A DNA stretch of 64,000 bases from Eledone cirrhosa (Eukaryota). Positions within the stretch are counted from its first letter, which is position 1; the number at the start of each line of letters is the position of its first letter. A model generated the notes under the pieces. The model had not been told where the DNA came from, ran no database searches, and saw only the letters and a list, made by a program, of their open reading frames with translations. Of the stretch, positions 28,901-43,900 are shown one piece after another. The stretch is taken from the NCBI GenBank assembly GCA_964016885.1, contig OZ024766.1:17794001-17858000 (forward strand), read 5' to 3'. The position numbers and the translations under genes are program-made.

Positions 28901-31900
28901 GTGGTAGTGTCTTTGATTCTATTGTAGTGGTTGATGTGGTGGTGGTGGTAGTCTTTGATTGTGTTGTGGTGGTAGTGTCTTTGATTCTATTGTACTGGTT
29001 GATGTGGTGGTGGTGGTAGTCTTTGATTGTGTTGTGGTTGTGGTAGTGTCTTTGATTCTATTGTACTGGTGGTGGTGGTGGTGGTAGTCTTTGATTGTGT
29101 TGTGGTGGTAGTGTCTTTGATTCTATTGTAGTGGTTGATGTGGTGGTGGTGGTAGTCTTTGATTGTGTTGTGGTGGTAGTGTCTTTGATTCTATTGTACT
29201 GGTTGATGTGGTGGTGGTGGTAGTCTTTGATTGTGTTGTGGTGGTAGTGTCTTTGATTCTATTGTACTGGTTGATGTGGTGGTGGTGGTAGTCTTTGATT
29301 GTGTTGTGGTTGTGGTAGTGTCTTTGATTCTATTGTAGTGGTGGTGGTTGTGGTAGTGGTGGTGGTAGTCTTTGATTCTATTGTACTGGTTGATGTGGTG
29401 GTGGTGGTAGTCTTTGATTGTGTTGAAGTTGTGGTGGTAGTGTCTTTGATTCTATTGTACTGGTTGATGTGGTGGTGGTGGTAGTCTTTGATTGTGTTGT
29501 GGTTGTGGTAGTGTCTTTGATTCTATTGTACTGGTTGATGTGGTGGTGGTGGTAGTCTTTGATTGTGTTGTGGTTGTGGTAGTGTCTTTGATTCTATTGT
29601 ACTGGTGGTGGTGGTGGTGGTAGTCTTTGATTGTGTTGTGGTGGTAGTGTCTTTGATTCTATTGTACTGGTTGATGTGGTGGTGGTGGTAGTCTTTGATT
29701 GTGTTGTGGTTGTGGTAGTGTCTTTGATTCTATTGTACTGGTGGTGGTGGTGGTGGTAGTCTTTGATTGTGTTGTGGTTGTGGTAGTGTCTTTGATTCTA
29801 TTGTACTGGTGGTGGTGGTGGTGGTAGTCTTTGATTGTGTTGTGGTGGTAGTGTCTTTGATTCTATTGTACTGGTGGTGGTGGTGGTAGTCTTTGATTGT
29901 GTTGTGGTGGTAGTGTCTTTGATTCTATTGTACTGGTTGATGTGGTGGTGGTGGTAGTCTTTGATTGTGTTGTGGTGGTAGTGTCTTTGATTCTATTGTA
30001 CTGGTTGATGTGGTGGTGGTGGTAGTCTTTGATTGTGTTGTGGTTGTGGTAGTGTCTTTGATTCTATTGTACTGGTTGATGTGGTGGTGGTGGTGGTAGT
30101 CTTTGATTGTGTTGTGGTTGTGGTAGTGTCTTTGATTCTATTGTACTGGTTGATGTGGTGGTGGTGGTGGTAGTCTTTGATTGTGTTGTGGTTGTGGTAG
30201 TGTCTTTGATTCTATTGTACTGGTGGTGGTGGTGGTGGTAGTCTTTGATTGTGTTGTGGTGGTAGTGTCTTTGATTCTATTGTACTGGTTGATGTGGTGG
30301 TGGTGGTAGTCTTTGATTGTGTTGTGGTGGTAGTGTCTTTGATTCTATTGTACTGGTTGATGTGGTGGTGGTAGTCTTTGATTGTGTTGTGGTTGTGGTA
30401 GTGTCTTTGATTCTATTGTACTGGTTGATGTGGTGGTGGTAGTCTTTGATTGTGTTGTGGTGGTAGTGTCTTTGATTCTATTGTACTGGTTGATGTGGTG
30501 GTGGTGGTGGTAGTCTTTGATTGTGTTGTGGTTGTGGTAGTGTCTTTGATTCTATTGTACTGGTTGATGTGGTGGTGGTGGTAGTCTTTGATTGTGTTGT
30601 GGTTGTGGTAGTGTCTTTGATTCTATTGTACTGGTGGTGGTGGTGGTGGTAGTCTTTGATTGTGTTGTGGTGGTAGTGTCTTTGATTCTATTGTACTGGT
30701 TGATGTGGTGGTGGTGGTGGTAGTCTTTGATTGTGTTGTGGTTGTGGTAGTGTCTTTGATTCTATTGTACTGGTTGATGTGGTGGTGGTGGTAGTCTTTG
30801 ATTGTGTTGTGGTTGTGGTAGTGTCTTTGATTCTATTGTACTGGTTGATGTGGTGGTGGTGGTAGTCTTTGATTGTGTTGTGGTTGTGGTAGTGTCTTTG
30901 ATTCTATTGTACTGGTTGATGTGGTGGTGGTGGTAGTCTTTGATTGTGTTGTGGTTGTGGTAGTGTCTTTGATTCTATTGTACTGGTGGTGGTGGTGGTG
31001 GTAGTCTTTGATTGTGTTGTGGTTGTGGTAGTGTCTTTGATTCTATTGTACTGGTGGTGGTGGTGGTGGTAGTCTTTGATTGTGTTGTGGTTGTGGTAGT
31101 GTCTTTGATTCTATTGTACTGGTTGATGTGGTGGTGGTGGTAGTCTTTGATTGTGTTGTGGTTGTGGTAGTGTCTTTGATTCTATTGTACTGGTGGTGGT
31201 GGTGGTAGTGTCTTTGATTCTATTGTACTGGTGGTGGTGGTGGTAGTCTTTGATTGTGTTGTGGTGGTAGTGTCTTTGATTCTATTGTACTGGTGGTGGT
31301 GGTGGTGGTGGTAGTCTTTGATTGTGTTGTGGTGGTAGTGTCTTTGATTCTATTGTACTGGTTGATGTGGTGGTGGTAGTCTTTGATTGTGTTGTGGTAG
31401 TATCTTTGATTGTATTGTAGTGGTGGTAGTAGTACATATCTAGCAACAACGTTGCTAGATATGTACTACTACTAAAGGGTTAAAGGGAAGGAAGGAAGGA
31501 GATGGTGAAAATACTGTTACAAAAACTTGGCGTTTCATTTGCTACGCTGTGTGTGTGTATATTTGTGTCTGCATGTTTATATATATTCATGCATATAAAT
31601 GTATGCACACGTGTGTCTGTGTTGGGGAAAAAAAATCTATCATAATTTTCTGTAATCTTTTAACCCTTAAGCTTACAAACCGGCTGTAACTGACTGCTCA
31701 TACTTATGTTAAGGTAGTGTTCTCAAATAATATATCTCATAGATTTGAGAGATAATTATGTGAGGTAAAGCCTTTACTGTGACAATACAATAGTATATAT
31801 AGAATAATGTAAATGTTATGTGAGGTAAAGCCTTTACTGTGACAATACAATAGTATATATAGAGTAATGTAAATGTTATGTAAGGTAAAGCCTTTACTGT

Positions 31901-34900
31901 GACGATACAATAGTATATATAGAGTAATGTAAAGGTTATGTGAGATATTATGTGAGGTAAAGCCTTTACTGTGACAATACAATAGTATATATAGAGTAAT
32001 GTAAATGTTATGTGAGGTAAAGCCTTTACTGTGACAATACAATAGTATATATAGAGTAATGTAAATGTTATGTGAGGTAAAGCCTTTACTGTGATAATAC
32101 AATAGTATATATAGAGTAATGTAAATGTTATGAGATATTATGTGAGGTAAAGCCTTTACTGTGACAATACAATAGTATATATAGAGTAATGTAAATGTTA
32201 TGTGAGATATTATGTGAGGTAAAGCCTTTACTGTGACAATACAATAGTATATATAGAGTAATGTAAATGTTATGTGAGATATTATGTGAGGTAAAGCCTT
32301 TACTGTGACAATACAATAGTATATATAGAGTAATGTAAATTCTAAGGGTTAAGTTATGTTCCATTAGAAACAGTAATTTAAGGATGACAAATAGCTTTAG
32401 GACTGATGAAGTTTGTGACAAAGATTCTACTGTATGTTCTCTCCTTCCAGCCTTCACAGTTTATGCAGAAAGGTAGAATGGATGGTGGAGGTAGACGTCA
32501 GCTTATGGACGGTGGAGGCCAGTGGTAAGTTTTTTTTTTTTTTGTTTTTTTTTTCTCTTAAATACATGTCCTGTATCAACTACTTTACCATATAGCAATG
32601 AATTTGTAAATGTAGGGGGGAAGGAGAACCTATGTTAAGTTCTGTTCCATTAGAAATAAAGTGTTTATACTTATTTAAAAACCTTCCATCATAATTATAT
32701 CTAAGAACCTTTAAGTTATGTTCCATTAGAAATATGGCAATGAAAGGGTTAAAGTGTTTATATTTATCTAAAAACCTTCCATCATAATTTTATAAGAACC
32801 TTTAAGTTATGTTCCATTAGAAATATGGTAATGAAAGGGTTAAAGTGTTTATATTTATGTAAGAACCTTTAAGTTATGTTCCATTAGAAATATGGTAATG
32901 AAAGGGTTAAAGTGTTTATATTTATGTAAGAACCTTTGTTAAGTTATGTTCCATTAGAAATATGGTAATGAAAGGGTTACAGTGTTTATATTTATGTAAG
33001 AACCTTTGTTAAGTTATGTTCCACTATAGATATGGTAATGAAAGGGTTAAAGTGTTTATATTTATGTAAGAACCTTTAAGTTATGTCCCATTAGAAATAT
33101 GGTAATGAAAGGGTTAAAGTGTTTATATTTATCTAAAAAAAACCTTCCATCATAATTTTATGTAAGAACCTTTGTTAAGTTAGGTTCCATTAGCTGGGCA
33201 AAGAATTTATTTATTTATTTTTTTTTTGTATTTTTTGTCCAGGAATCAAGGTGGCCAGAATGTTACAGCTGCTCTCTCCCAGACAAGTGAATTACTGAAG
33301 GGGCTAACAAGTCTCCTGGGGTCAGTACTATATTTTTGGATGTATTGTTTCAGTGGAGGCCTGAGGTTTAGTGGTTACTTGTAGTGTGTTGTGTCCTTGA
33401 GCAAGACCCTTTATTTAAAAGCTATGCCGGTCAGCTCAGCTGGTGAAAATAAGTGGTGTCTGTTGTTCAGTCCAACTTAGTTACCACTAGGTTAAGGGCC
33501 TCTACAGCATGTGTACACGATATTGTAACCCCTGATGTAGTCGGTGGCTCTGTATTGAGTGTTTCTAGGACCTTTTAAACCCTGGCAGTGCCCATCTCTT
33601 CTCCAGGTCTAAATATATCTTGAGAATGAGGTAAGAGAGTGATATACAGGCAGATTCTACGCCGGTACTAGCCTGGTAACTTTTTATCTACCTCAACATG
33701 GAGTTGTAACAGGATATTTGACCATATCATGCCAGGCTATCTCCAGTCTTTTCACTATTGCAAGGAGTGGTCCCTGTCTGCCAGCATTGTTAATTTGCTG
33801 CCTGACAAAAGCAATTTTTCTGCTTGAGTGACTGGATTCTTTGTTTCCCTGTCTGCTGTGAGAGTCCAACTCTCACAGCCAGCCATACAAGAGGTCTGAA
33901 GTGACCAAGGTCTTGTGTAGTTTGAGCTTCATTGGGAAACTGATGGAGTTGCTCTTCAGCATGTCATTTAGCTTTACTGTGACAATACAATAGTATATAT
34001 AGAGTAATGTAACTGTTATGTGAGATATTATGTGCGGTAAAGCCTTTACTGTGACAATACAATAGTATATATAGAGTAATGTAAATGTTATGTGAGGTAA
34101 ATCCTTTACTGTGACAATACAATAGTATATATAGAGTAATGTAAATGTTATGCGAGATATTATGTGAGGTAAAGCCTTTACTGTGACAATACAATAGTAT
34201 ATATAGAGTAATGTAAATGTTATGCGAGATATTATGTGAGGTAAAGCCTTTACTGTGACAATACAATAGTATATATAGAGTAATGTAAATGTTATGTGAG
34301 ATATTATGTGAGGTAAAGCCTTTACTGTGACAATACAATAGTATATATAGAGTAATGTAAATGTTATGTGAGGTAAAGCCTTTACTGTGACAATACAATA
34401 GTATATATAGAGTAATGTAAATGTTATGTGAGGTAAAGCCTTTACTGTGACAATACAATAGTATATATAGAGTAATGTAAATGTTATGTGAGGTAAAGCC
34501 TTTACTGTGACAATACAATAGTATATATAGAGTAATGTAAATGTTATGTGAGATATTATGTGAGGTAAGGCCTTTACTGTGACAATACAATAGTATATAT
34601 AGAGTAATGTAAATGTTATGCGAGATATTATGTGAGGTAAAGCCTTTACTGTGACAATACAATAGTATATATAGAGTAATGTAAATGTTATGTGAGATAT
34701 TATGTGAGGTAAAGCCTTTACTGTGACAATACAATAGTATATATAGAGTAATGTAAATGTTATGTGAGATATTATGTGAGGTAAAGCCTTTACTGTGACA
34801 ATACAATAGTATATATAGAGTAATGTAATATTATGTGAGGTAAAGCCTTTACTGTGACAATACAATAGTATATATAGAGTAATGTAAATGTTATGAGATA

Positions 34901-37900
34901 TTATGTGAGGTAAAGCCTTTACTGTGACAATACAATAGTATATATAGAGTAATGTAAATGTTATGTGAGGTATTATGTGAGGTAAAGCCTTTACTGTGAA
35001 AATACAATAGTATATATAGAGTAATGTAAATGGTAAGGGGGTTAAACGATGTACTCTGAACCTTTTTTCTCTTCTTTTTGTCATTTCCAGGCAGCAGTTG
35101 TTGAGTCCAAACCAGATGGGTGGACAGGGTGATGGCCAGTATGGCAATCAGTCATGGGGCCAAGGCATGGATCAGGGAGGTAGCTACGGTGGATTCCAGT
35201 CAGGAGGCAGTGGCGGAGGCAGTGGTGGTGGTCGTGGTGGCAGTGGCGGAGGTGGTAGCGGTGGTGGTTTTGGCAACGACAGCATGAACTACAGCAACTA
35301 CGGTAACTATGCGTTTGGCTTGCAGTACAACACTACTTCACCCTCAGCCTCATCCTCCTCCTCAACAGCCAGATATACTACTACTACTACTACTGCTACT
35401 ACTGGTGAGGAATACACAACAGCTGCTGCTACTACTACTTCACGTAACCGAAGTTATGACCAATACAGCAGCAGTAGTGGTGGTGTTGGTGGTAGTGGCG
35501 GCAGTCGAGGTTATGGCAGTACCAGATCTCAACAGCGCTCATACGACTATAATTCTTCGGGTATGCCTTATGTATTTGAATTACAATAGTGCTGTTGTTG
35601 TTTCCTTCTCTCTGGGGCTCCCCTACAACTCCCTGGGCTTGTTAAGGGCTCCCCTACAACTCCCTGGGCTTGTTAAGGGCTCCCCTACGACTTCCCGGGC
35701 TTGTTAAGGGCTCACAAGACTCTTCCCCCATCTCTTTTTTTGCTGGGGCTCCCCTACAACTCCCTGGGCTTGTTAAGGGCTCCCCTACGACTTCCCGGGC
35801 TTGTTAACGGCTCACAAGACTCTTCCCCCATCTCTTTTTTTGCTGGGGCTCCCCTACAACTCCCTGGGCTTGTTAAGGGCTCCCCTACGACTTCCCGGGC
35901 TTGTTAACGGCTCACAAGACTCTTCCCCCATCTCTTTTTTGCTGGGGCTCCCCTACGACTTCCCGGGCTTGTTAAGGGCTCCCCTACGACTTCCCGGGCT
36001 TGTTAAGGGCTCCCCTACGACTTCCCGGGCTTGTTAAGGGCTCCCCTACGACTTCCCGGGCTTGTTAAGGGCTCCCCTACGACTTCCCGGGCTTGTTCAG
36101 GGCTCTCCTACGACTTACTGGGTTTGTTAAGGGCTCACAAGACTCTTCCCCCATTTCTTTTTTGCTGGGGCTCCCCTACGACTCCCTGGGCTTGTTAAGG
36201 GCTCACAAGACTCTTCCCCCATCTCTTTTTTGCTGGGGCCCCCTACAACTCCCTGGGCTTGTTAAGGGCTCACAAGACTCTTCCCCCATCTCTTTTTTGC
36301 TGGGGCTCTCCTACGACTTCCTGGGCTCACAAATCTCCCCCCATATCTTTCGCTGGCCTGTCACCATGTTATTTTTTTTATATTTCCTTCCTGGGCTTGT
36401 TAAGGGCTCACAAGTCTCTTCCCCCATTTCTTTTTTGCTGGGGCTCTCCTACGACTTACTGGGCTTGTTAAGGGCTCACAAGACTCTTCCCCCATTTCTT
36501 TTTTGCTGGGGCTCTCCTACGACTTACTGGGCTTGTTAAGGGCTCACAAGACTCTTCCCCCATTTCTTTTTTGCTGGGGCCCCCCTACAACTCCCTGGGC
36601 TTGTTAAGGGCTCACAAGACTCTTCCCCCATCTCTTTTTTGCTGGGGCCCCCCTACGACTCCCTGGGCTTGTTAAGGGCTCACAGTACAACACTACTTCA
36701 CCCTCAGCCTCCTCTTCCTCTTCAACAGCCAGATATACTACTACTACTACTGCTACTACTGGTGAGGAATACACAACAGCTGCTGCTACTACTACTTCAC
36801 GTAACCGAAGTTATGACCAATACAGCAGCAGTAGTGGTGGTGTTGGTGGTAGTGGCGGCAGTCGAGGTTATGGCAGTACCAGATCTCACCAGCGCTCATA
36901 CGACTATAATTCTTCGGGTATGCCTTATGTATTTGAATTACAATAGTGCTGTTTCCTTCTCTCTGGGGCCCCCCTACAACTCCCTGGGCTTGTTAAGGGC
37001 TCCCCTACGACTTCCCGGGCTTGTTAAGGGCTCCCCTACGACTTCCCGGGCTTGTTAAGGGCTCCCCTACGACTTCCCGGGCTTGTTAAGGGCTCCTCTA
37101 CGACTTCCCGGGCTTGTTAACGGCTCACAAGACTCTTCCCCCATTTCTTTTTTGCTGGGGCTCCCCTACGACTTCCCGGGCTTGTTAAGGGCTCACAAGA
37201 CTCTACCCCCATCTCTTTTTTGCTGGGGCCCCCCTGCAACTCCCTGGGCTTGTTAAGGGCTCACAAGACTCTTCCCCCATTTCTTTTTTGCTGGGGCCCT
37301 CCTACGACTTCCTGGGCTTGTTAAGGGCTCACAAGACTCTTCCCCCATCTCTTTTTTGCTGGGGCCCCCTACAACTCCCTGGGCTTGTAAAGGGCTCACA
37401 AGACTCTTCCCCCATCTCTCTTTTGCTGGGGCCCTCCTACGACTTCCTGGGCTTGTTAAGGGCTCACAAGACTCTTCCCCGATTTCTTTTTTGCTGGGGT
37501 CCTCCTACGACTTCCTGGGCTTAAGGGCTCACAAGACTCTTCCCCCATTTTTTTTTTTGCTGGGGCTCTTCTATGACTTCCTGGGCTTGTTAAGGGCTCA
37601 CAAGACTCTCCCGCCATCTCTTTTTTGCTGGGACTTCCTGGGCTTGTTAAGGGCTCACAAGACTCTTCCCCCATTTCTTTTTTGCTGGGGCTCTCCTACG
37701 ACTTACTGGGTTTGTTAAGGGCTCACAAGACTCTTCCGCCATTTCTTTTTTGCTGGGGCTCTCCTACGACTTACTGGGTTTGTTAAGGGCTCACAAGACT
37801 CTTCCGCCATTTCTTTTTTGCTGGGGCTCTCCTACGACTTACTGGGTTTGTTAAGGGCTCACAAGACTCTTCCCCCATTTCTTTTTTGCTGGGGCTCTTC

Positions 37901-40900
37901 TACGACTTACTGGGCTTAAGGGCTCACAAAACTCCCCGATATCTTTCACTGGTGTTGGCTCGAGCAGTAGATATTGTCATGGGTACCCTCACCCCTTAGT
38001 ATCTTTAGCTGGCCTGTCACAATGCTGTTTGTTTTATATTTCCTCTCCGGGGTTGACTCTAGTGGTGGATATTATGGGCATCCCCACCCTCTCTTTCGCT
38101 GGCCCCTGTTAGTGTTTAGTACCTCACACACTAGTGGCGGATAATGTGTCCCCCTCTACCCTCATCGTTAGTTTTCAGCACCTCGCACACTGCTGTTAGT
38201 ATTTTCTTCTCTGGGGTCCTAGGGCTAACTCTAGTGGTAAATACTGTTAAGGCCCACAGTGCTGTCTACTCTCTCTGGGGTCCTAGGACTGACTCTAGTG
38301 GTAAATACTGTTAAGGCCCACAGTGCTGTCTACCCTCTCTGGGGTGCTAGGGCTAACTCTAGTGGTAAATACTGTTAAGGCCCACAGTGCTGTCTACCCT
38401 CTCTGGGGTGCTAGGGCTAACTCTAGTGGTAAATACTGTTAAGGCCCACAGTGCTGTCTACCCTCTCTGGGGTCCTAGGGCTAACTCTAGTGGTAAATAC
38501 TGTTAAGGCCCACAGTGCTGTCTACCCTCTCTGGGGTCCTAGGGCTGACTCTAGTGGTAAATACTGTTAAGGCCCACAGTGCTGTCTACCCTCTCTGGGG
38601 TCCTAGGGCTGACTCTAGTGGTAAATACTGTTAAGGCCCACAGTGCTGTCTACCCTCTCTGGGGTCCTAGGGCTAACTCTAGTGGTAAATACTGTTAAGG
38701 CCCACAGTGCTGTCTACCTTCTCTGGGGTCCTAGGGCTGACTCTAGTGGTAAATACTGTTAAGGCCCACAGTGCTGTCTACCCTCTCTGGGGTGCTAGGG
38801 CTGACTCTAGTGGTAAATACTGTTAAGGCCCACAGTGCTGTCTACCCTCTCTGGGGTCCTAGGGCTGACTCTAGTGGTAAATACTGTTAAGGCCCACAGT
38901 GCTGTCTACTCTCTCTGGGGCCCTAGGGCTGACTCTAGTGGTAAATACTGTTAAGGCCCACAGTGCTGTCTACTCTCTCTGGGGTCCTAGGGCTGACTCT
39001 AGTGGTAAATACTGTTAAGGCCCACAGTGCTGTCTACCCTCTCTGGGGTCCTAGGGCTGACTCTAGTGGTAAATACTGTAAGGTCCTCTGTTTGCAGTGC
39101 CCCACAGTGCTGTCTATACTTTCTGGGGCCCGAGGACTGACTCTAGTGGTAAATACTATTAAGGTCCTCTGTTTGCAGTGCCCCACAGTGCTGTCTACTC
39201 TCTCTGGGGCCCTAGGACTGACTCTAGTGGTAAATACTATTAAGGTCCTCTGTTTGCAGTGCCCCACAGTGCTGTCTATACTCTCTGGGGCCCTAGGACT
39301 GACTCTAGTGGTAAATCCTGTTACGGCCCTATGCAGTACCCCACAGTGCCATTATGAATCCCTAGTGGTAGATATTAAGGGCTCACAACCTTGTATATTT
39401 TTGCTGGCCTCCCACTACTGTTGCTGTAGAGGGTAGTGGTAAATAATATTGTTTAAGGACTCATGCCCCTGTATCTTTCACCTGATGACTGGCCCCTCTG
39501 TTAGTTTGCAGAACCTCACACACTGCTGCTGTTGGATATTTTCTTTGGAGTCGTAGTACTTCCTGGGACTGGCTCTAGTGGTAGATATTGTTGTTGAGGG
39601 CTCCCAACATGTTTGTATACTGCTGTTGATGTTTGATCATACTGGTAGTTGAGGGGCTCCCAACATGTCGTATACTGGTAGTTGAGGGGCTCCCAACATG
39701 TTTGTATACTGCTGTTGATGTTTGATCATACTGGTAGTTGAGGGGCTCCTAACATGTTTGTATACTGCTGTTGATGTTTGATCATACTGGTAGTTGAGGG
39801 GCTCCTAACATGTTTGTATACTGGTAGTTGAGGGGCTCCTAACATGTTTGTATACTGCTGTTGATGTTTGATCATACTGGTAGTTGAGGGGCTCCTAACA
39901 TGTTTGTATACTGCTGTTGATGTTTGATCATACTGGTAGTTGAGGGGCTCCTAACATGTTTGTATACTGCTGTTGATGTTTGATCATACTGGTAGTTGAG
40001 GGGCTCCTAACATGTTTGTATACTGGTAGTTGAGGGGCTCCTAACATGTTTGTATACTGCTGTTGATGTTTGATCATACTGGTAGTTGAGGGGCTCCTAA
40101 CATGTTTGTATACTGCTGTTGATGTTTGATCATACTGGTAGTTGAGGGGCTCCTAACATGTTTGTATACTGCTGTTGATGTTTGATCATACTGGTAGTTG
40201 AGGGGCTCCCAACATGTTTGATCATACTGGTAGTTGAGGGGCTCCTAACATGTTTGTATACTGCTGTTGATGTTTGATCATACTGGTAGTTGAGGGGCTC
40301 CTAACATGTTTGTATACTGCTGTTGATGTTTGATCATACTGGTAGTTGAGGGGCTCCCAACATGTTTGATCATACTGGTAGTTGAGGGGCTCCTAACATG
40401 TTTGTATACTGCTGTTGATGTTTGATCATACTGGTAGTTGAGGGGCTCCTAACATGTTTGTATACTGCTGTTGATGTTTGATCATACTGGTAGTTGAGGG
40501 GCTCCCAACATGTTTGTATACTGGTAGTTGAGGGGCTCCTAACATGTTTGTATACTGCTGTTGATGTTTGATCATACTGGTAGTTGAGGGGCTCCTAACA
40601 TGTTTGTATACTGCTGTTGATGTTTGATCATACTGGTAGTTGAGGGGCTCCCAACATGTTTGTATACTGGTAGTTGAGGGGCTCCTAACATGTTTGTATA
40701 CTGCTGTTGATGTTTGATCATACTGGTAGTTGAGGGGCTCCTAACATGTTTGTATACTGCTGTTGATGTTTGATCATACTGGTAGTTGAGGGGCTCCCAA
40801 CATGTTTGTATACTGGTAGTTGAGGGGCTCCTAACATGTTTGTATACTGCTGTTGATGTTTGATCATACTGGTAGTTGAGGGGCTCCTAACATGTTTGTA

Positions 40901-43900
40901 TACTGCTGTTGATGTTTGATCATACTGGTAGTTGAGGGGCTCCCAACATGTTTGTATACTGGTAGTTGAGGGGCTCCTAACATGTTTGTATACTGCTGTT
41001 GATGTTTGATCATACTGGTAGTTGAGGGGCTCCTAACATGTTTGTATACTGCTGTTGATGTTTGATCATACTGGTAGTTGAGGGGCTCCCAACATGTTTG
41101 TATACTGCTGTTGATGTTTGATCATACTGGTAGTTGAGGGGCTCCTAACATGTTTGTATACTGCTGTTGATGTTTGATCATACTGGTAGTTGAGGGGCTC
41201 CTAACATGTCGTATACTGGTAGTTGAGGGGCTCCCAACATGTTTGTATACTGCTGTTGATGTTTGATCATACTGGTAGTTGAGGGGCTCCTAACATGTTT
41301 GTATACTGCTGTTGATGTTTGATCATACTGGTAGTTGAGGGGCTCCCAACATGTTTGTATACTGCTGTTGATGTTTGATCATACTGGTAGTTGAGGGGCT
41401 CCCAACATGTTTGTATACTGCTGTTGATGTTTGATCATACTGGTAGTTGAGGGGCTCCCAACATGTTTGTATACTGCTGTTGATGTTTGATCATACTGGT
41501 AGTTGAGGGGCTCCCAACATGTTTGTATACTGCTGTTGATGTTTGATCATACTGGTAGTTGAGGGGCTCCCAACATGTTTGTATACTGCTGTTGATGTTT
41601 GATCATACTGGTAGTTGAGGGGCTCCCAACATGTTTGTATACTGCTGTTGATGTTTGATCATACTGGTAGTTGAGGGGCTCCCAACATGTTTGTATACTG
41701 CTGTTGATGTTTGATCATACTGGTAGTTGAGGGGCTCCCAACATGTTTGTATACTGGTAGTTGAGGGGCTCCTAACATGTTTGTATACTGCTGTTGATGT
41801 TTGATCATACTGGTAGTTGAGGGGCTCCTAACATGTTTGTATACTGCTGTTGATGTTTGATCATACTGGTAGTTGAGGGGCTCCCAACATGTTTGTATAC
41901 TGCTGTTGATGTTTGATCATACTGGTAGTTGAGGGGCTCCCAACATGTTTGTATACTGCTGTTGATGTTTGATCATACTGGTAGTTGAGGGGCTCCCAAC
42001 ATGTTTGTATACTGCTGTTGATGTTTGATCATACTGGTAGTTGAGGGGCTCCCAACATGTTTGTATACTGGTAGTTGAGGGGCTCCTAACATGTTTGTAT
42101 ACTGCTGTTGATGTTTGATCATACTGGTAGTTGAGGGGCTCCTAACATGTTTGTATACTGCTGTTGATGTTTGATCATACTGGTAGTTGAGGGGCTCCCA
42201 ACATGTCGTATACTGGTAGTTGAGGGGCTCCTAACATGTTTGTATACTGCTGTTGATGTTTGATCATACTGGTAGTTGAGGGGCTCCCAACATGTTTGTA
42301 TACTGCTGTTGATGTTTGATCATACTGGTAGTTGAGGGGCTCCCAACATGTTTGTATACTGCTGTTGATGTTTGATCATACTGGTAGTTGAGGGGCTCCC
42401 AACATGTCGTATACTGGTAGTTGAGGGGCTCCTAACATGTTTGTATACTGCTGTTGATGTTTGATCATACTGGTAGTTGAGGGGCTCCTAACATGTTTGT
42501 ATACTGCTGTTGATGTTTGATCATACTGGTAGTTGAGGGGCTCCCAACATGTTTGTATACTGCTGTTGATGTTTGATCATACTGGTAGTTGAGGGGCTCC
42601 TAACATGTTTGTATACTGCTGTTGATGTTTGATCATACTGGTAGTTGAGGGGCTCCTAACATGTTTGTATACTGCTGTTGATGTTTGATCATACTGGTAG
42701 TTGAGGGGCTCCCAACATGTCGTATACTGGTAGTTGAGGGGCTCCTAACATGTTTGTATACTGCTGTTGATGTTTGATCATACTGGTAGTTGAGGGGCTC
42801 CTAACATGTTTGTATACTGCTGTTGATGTTTGATCATACTGGTAGTTGAGGGGCTCCTAACATGTTTGTATACTGCTGTTGATGTTTGATCATACTGGTA
42901 GTTGAGGGGCTCCTAACATGTTTGTATACTGCTGTTGATGTTTGATCATACTGGTAGTTGAGGGGCTCCTAACATGTTTGTATACTGCTGTTGATGTTTG
43001 ATCATACTGGTAGTTGAGGGGCTCCCAACATGTCGTATACTGGTAGTTGAGGGGCTCCTAACATGTTTGTATACTGCTGTTGATGTTTGATCATACTGGT
43101 AGTTGAGGGGCTCCTAACATGTTTGTATACTGCTGTTGATGTTTGATCATACTGGTAGTTGAGGGGCTCCTAACATGTTTGTATACTGCTGTTGATGTTT
43201 GATCATACTGGTAGTTGAGGGGCTCCTAACATGTTTGTATACTGCTGTTGATGTTTGATCATACTGGTAGTTGAGGGGCTCCTAACATGTTTGTATACTG
43301 CTGTTGATGTTTGATCATACTGGTAGTTGAGGGGCTCCTAACATGTTTGTATACTGCTGTTGATGTTTGATCATACTGGTAGTTGAGGGGCTCCTAACAT
43401 GTTTGTATACTGCTGTTGATGTTTGATCATACTGGTAGTTGAGGGGCTCCTAACATGTTTGTATACTGCTGTTGATGTTTGATCATACTGGTAGTTGAGG
43501 GGCTCCTAACATGTTTGTATACTGCTGTTGATGTTTGATCATACTGGTAGTTGAGGGGCTCCTAACATGTTTGTATACTGCTGTTGATGTTTGATCATAC
43601 TGGTAGTTGAGGGGCTCCTAACATGTTTGTATACTGCTGTTGATGTTTGATCATACTGGTAGTTGAGGGGCTCCCAACATGTCGTATACTGGTAGTTGAG
43701 GGGCTCCTAACATGTTTGTATACTGCTGTTGATGTTTGATCATACTGGTAGTTGAGGGGCTCCTAACATGTTTGTATACTGCTGTTGATGTTTGATCATA
43801 CTGGTAGTTGAGGGGCTCCTAACATGTTTGTATACTGCTGTTGATGTTTGATCATACTGGTAGTTGAGGGGCTCCCAACATGTTTGTATACTGCTGTTGA

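Noticed and set aside
33873-35147. 424-aa minus-strand ORF and similar ORFs at 2964-4260 and 31737-32457
   Set aside because: Translations of the 60/72-bp minisatellite.
35303-35325. 23-nt GT-AG micro-intron
   Set aside because: Too short and would shift the frame; better explained as an alternative donor.
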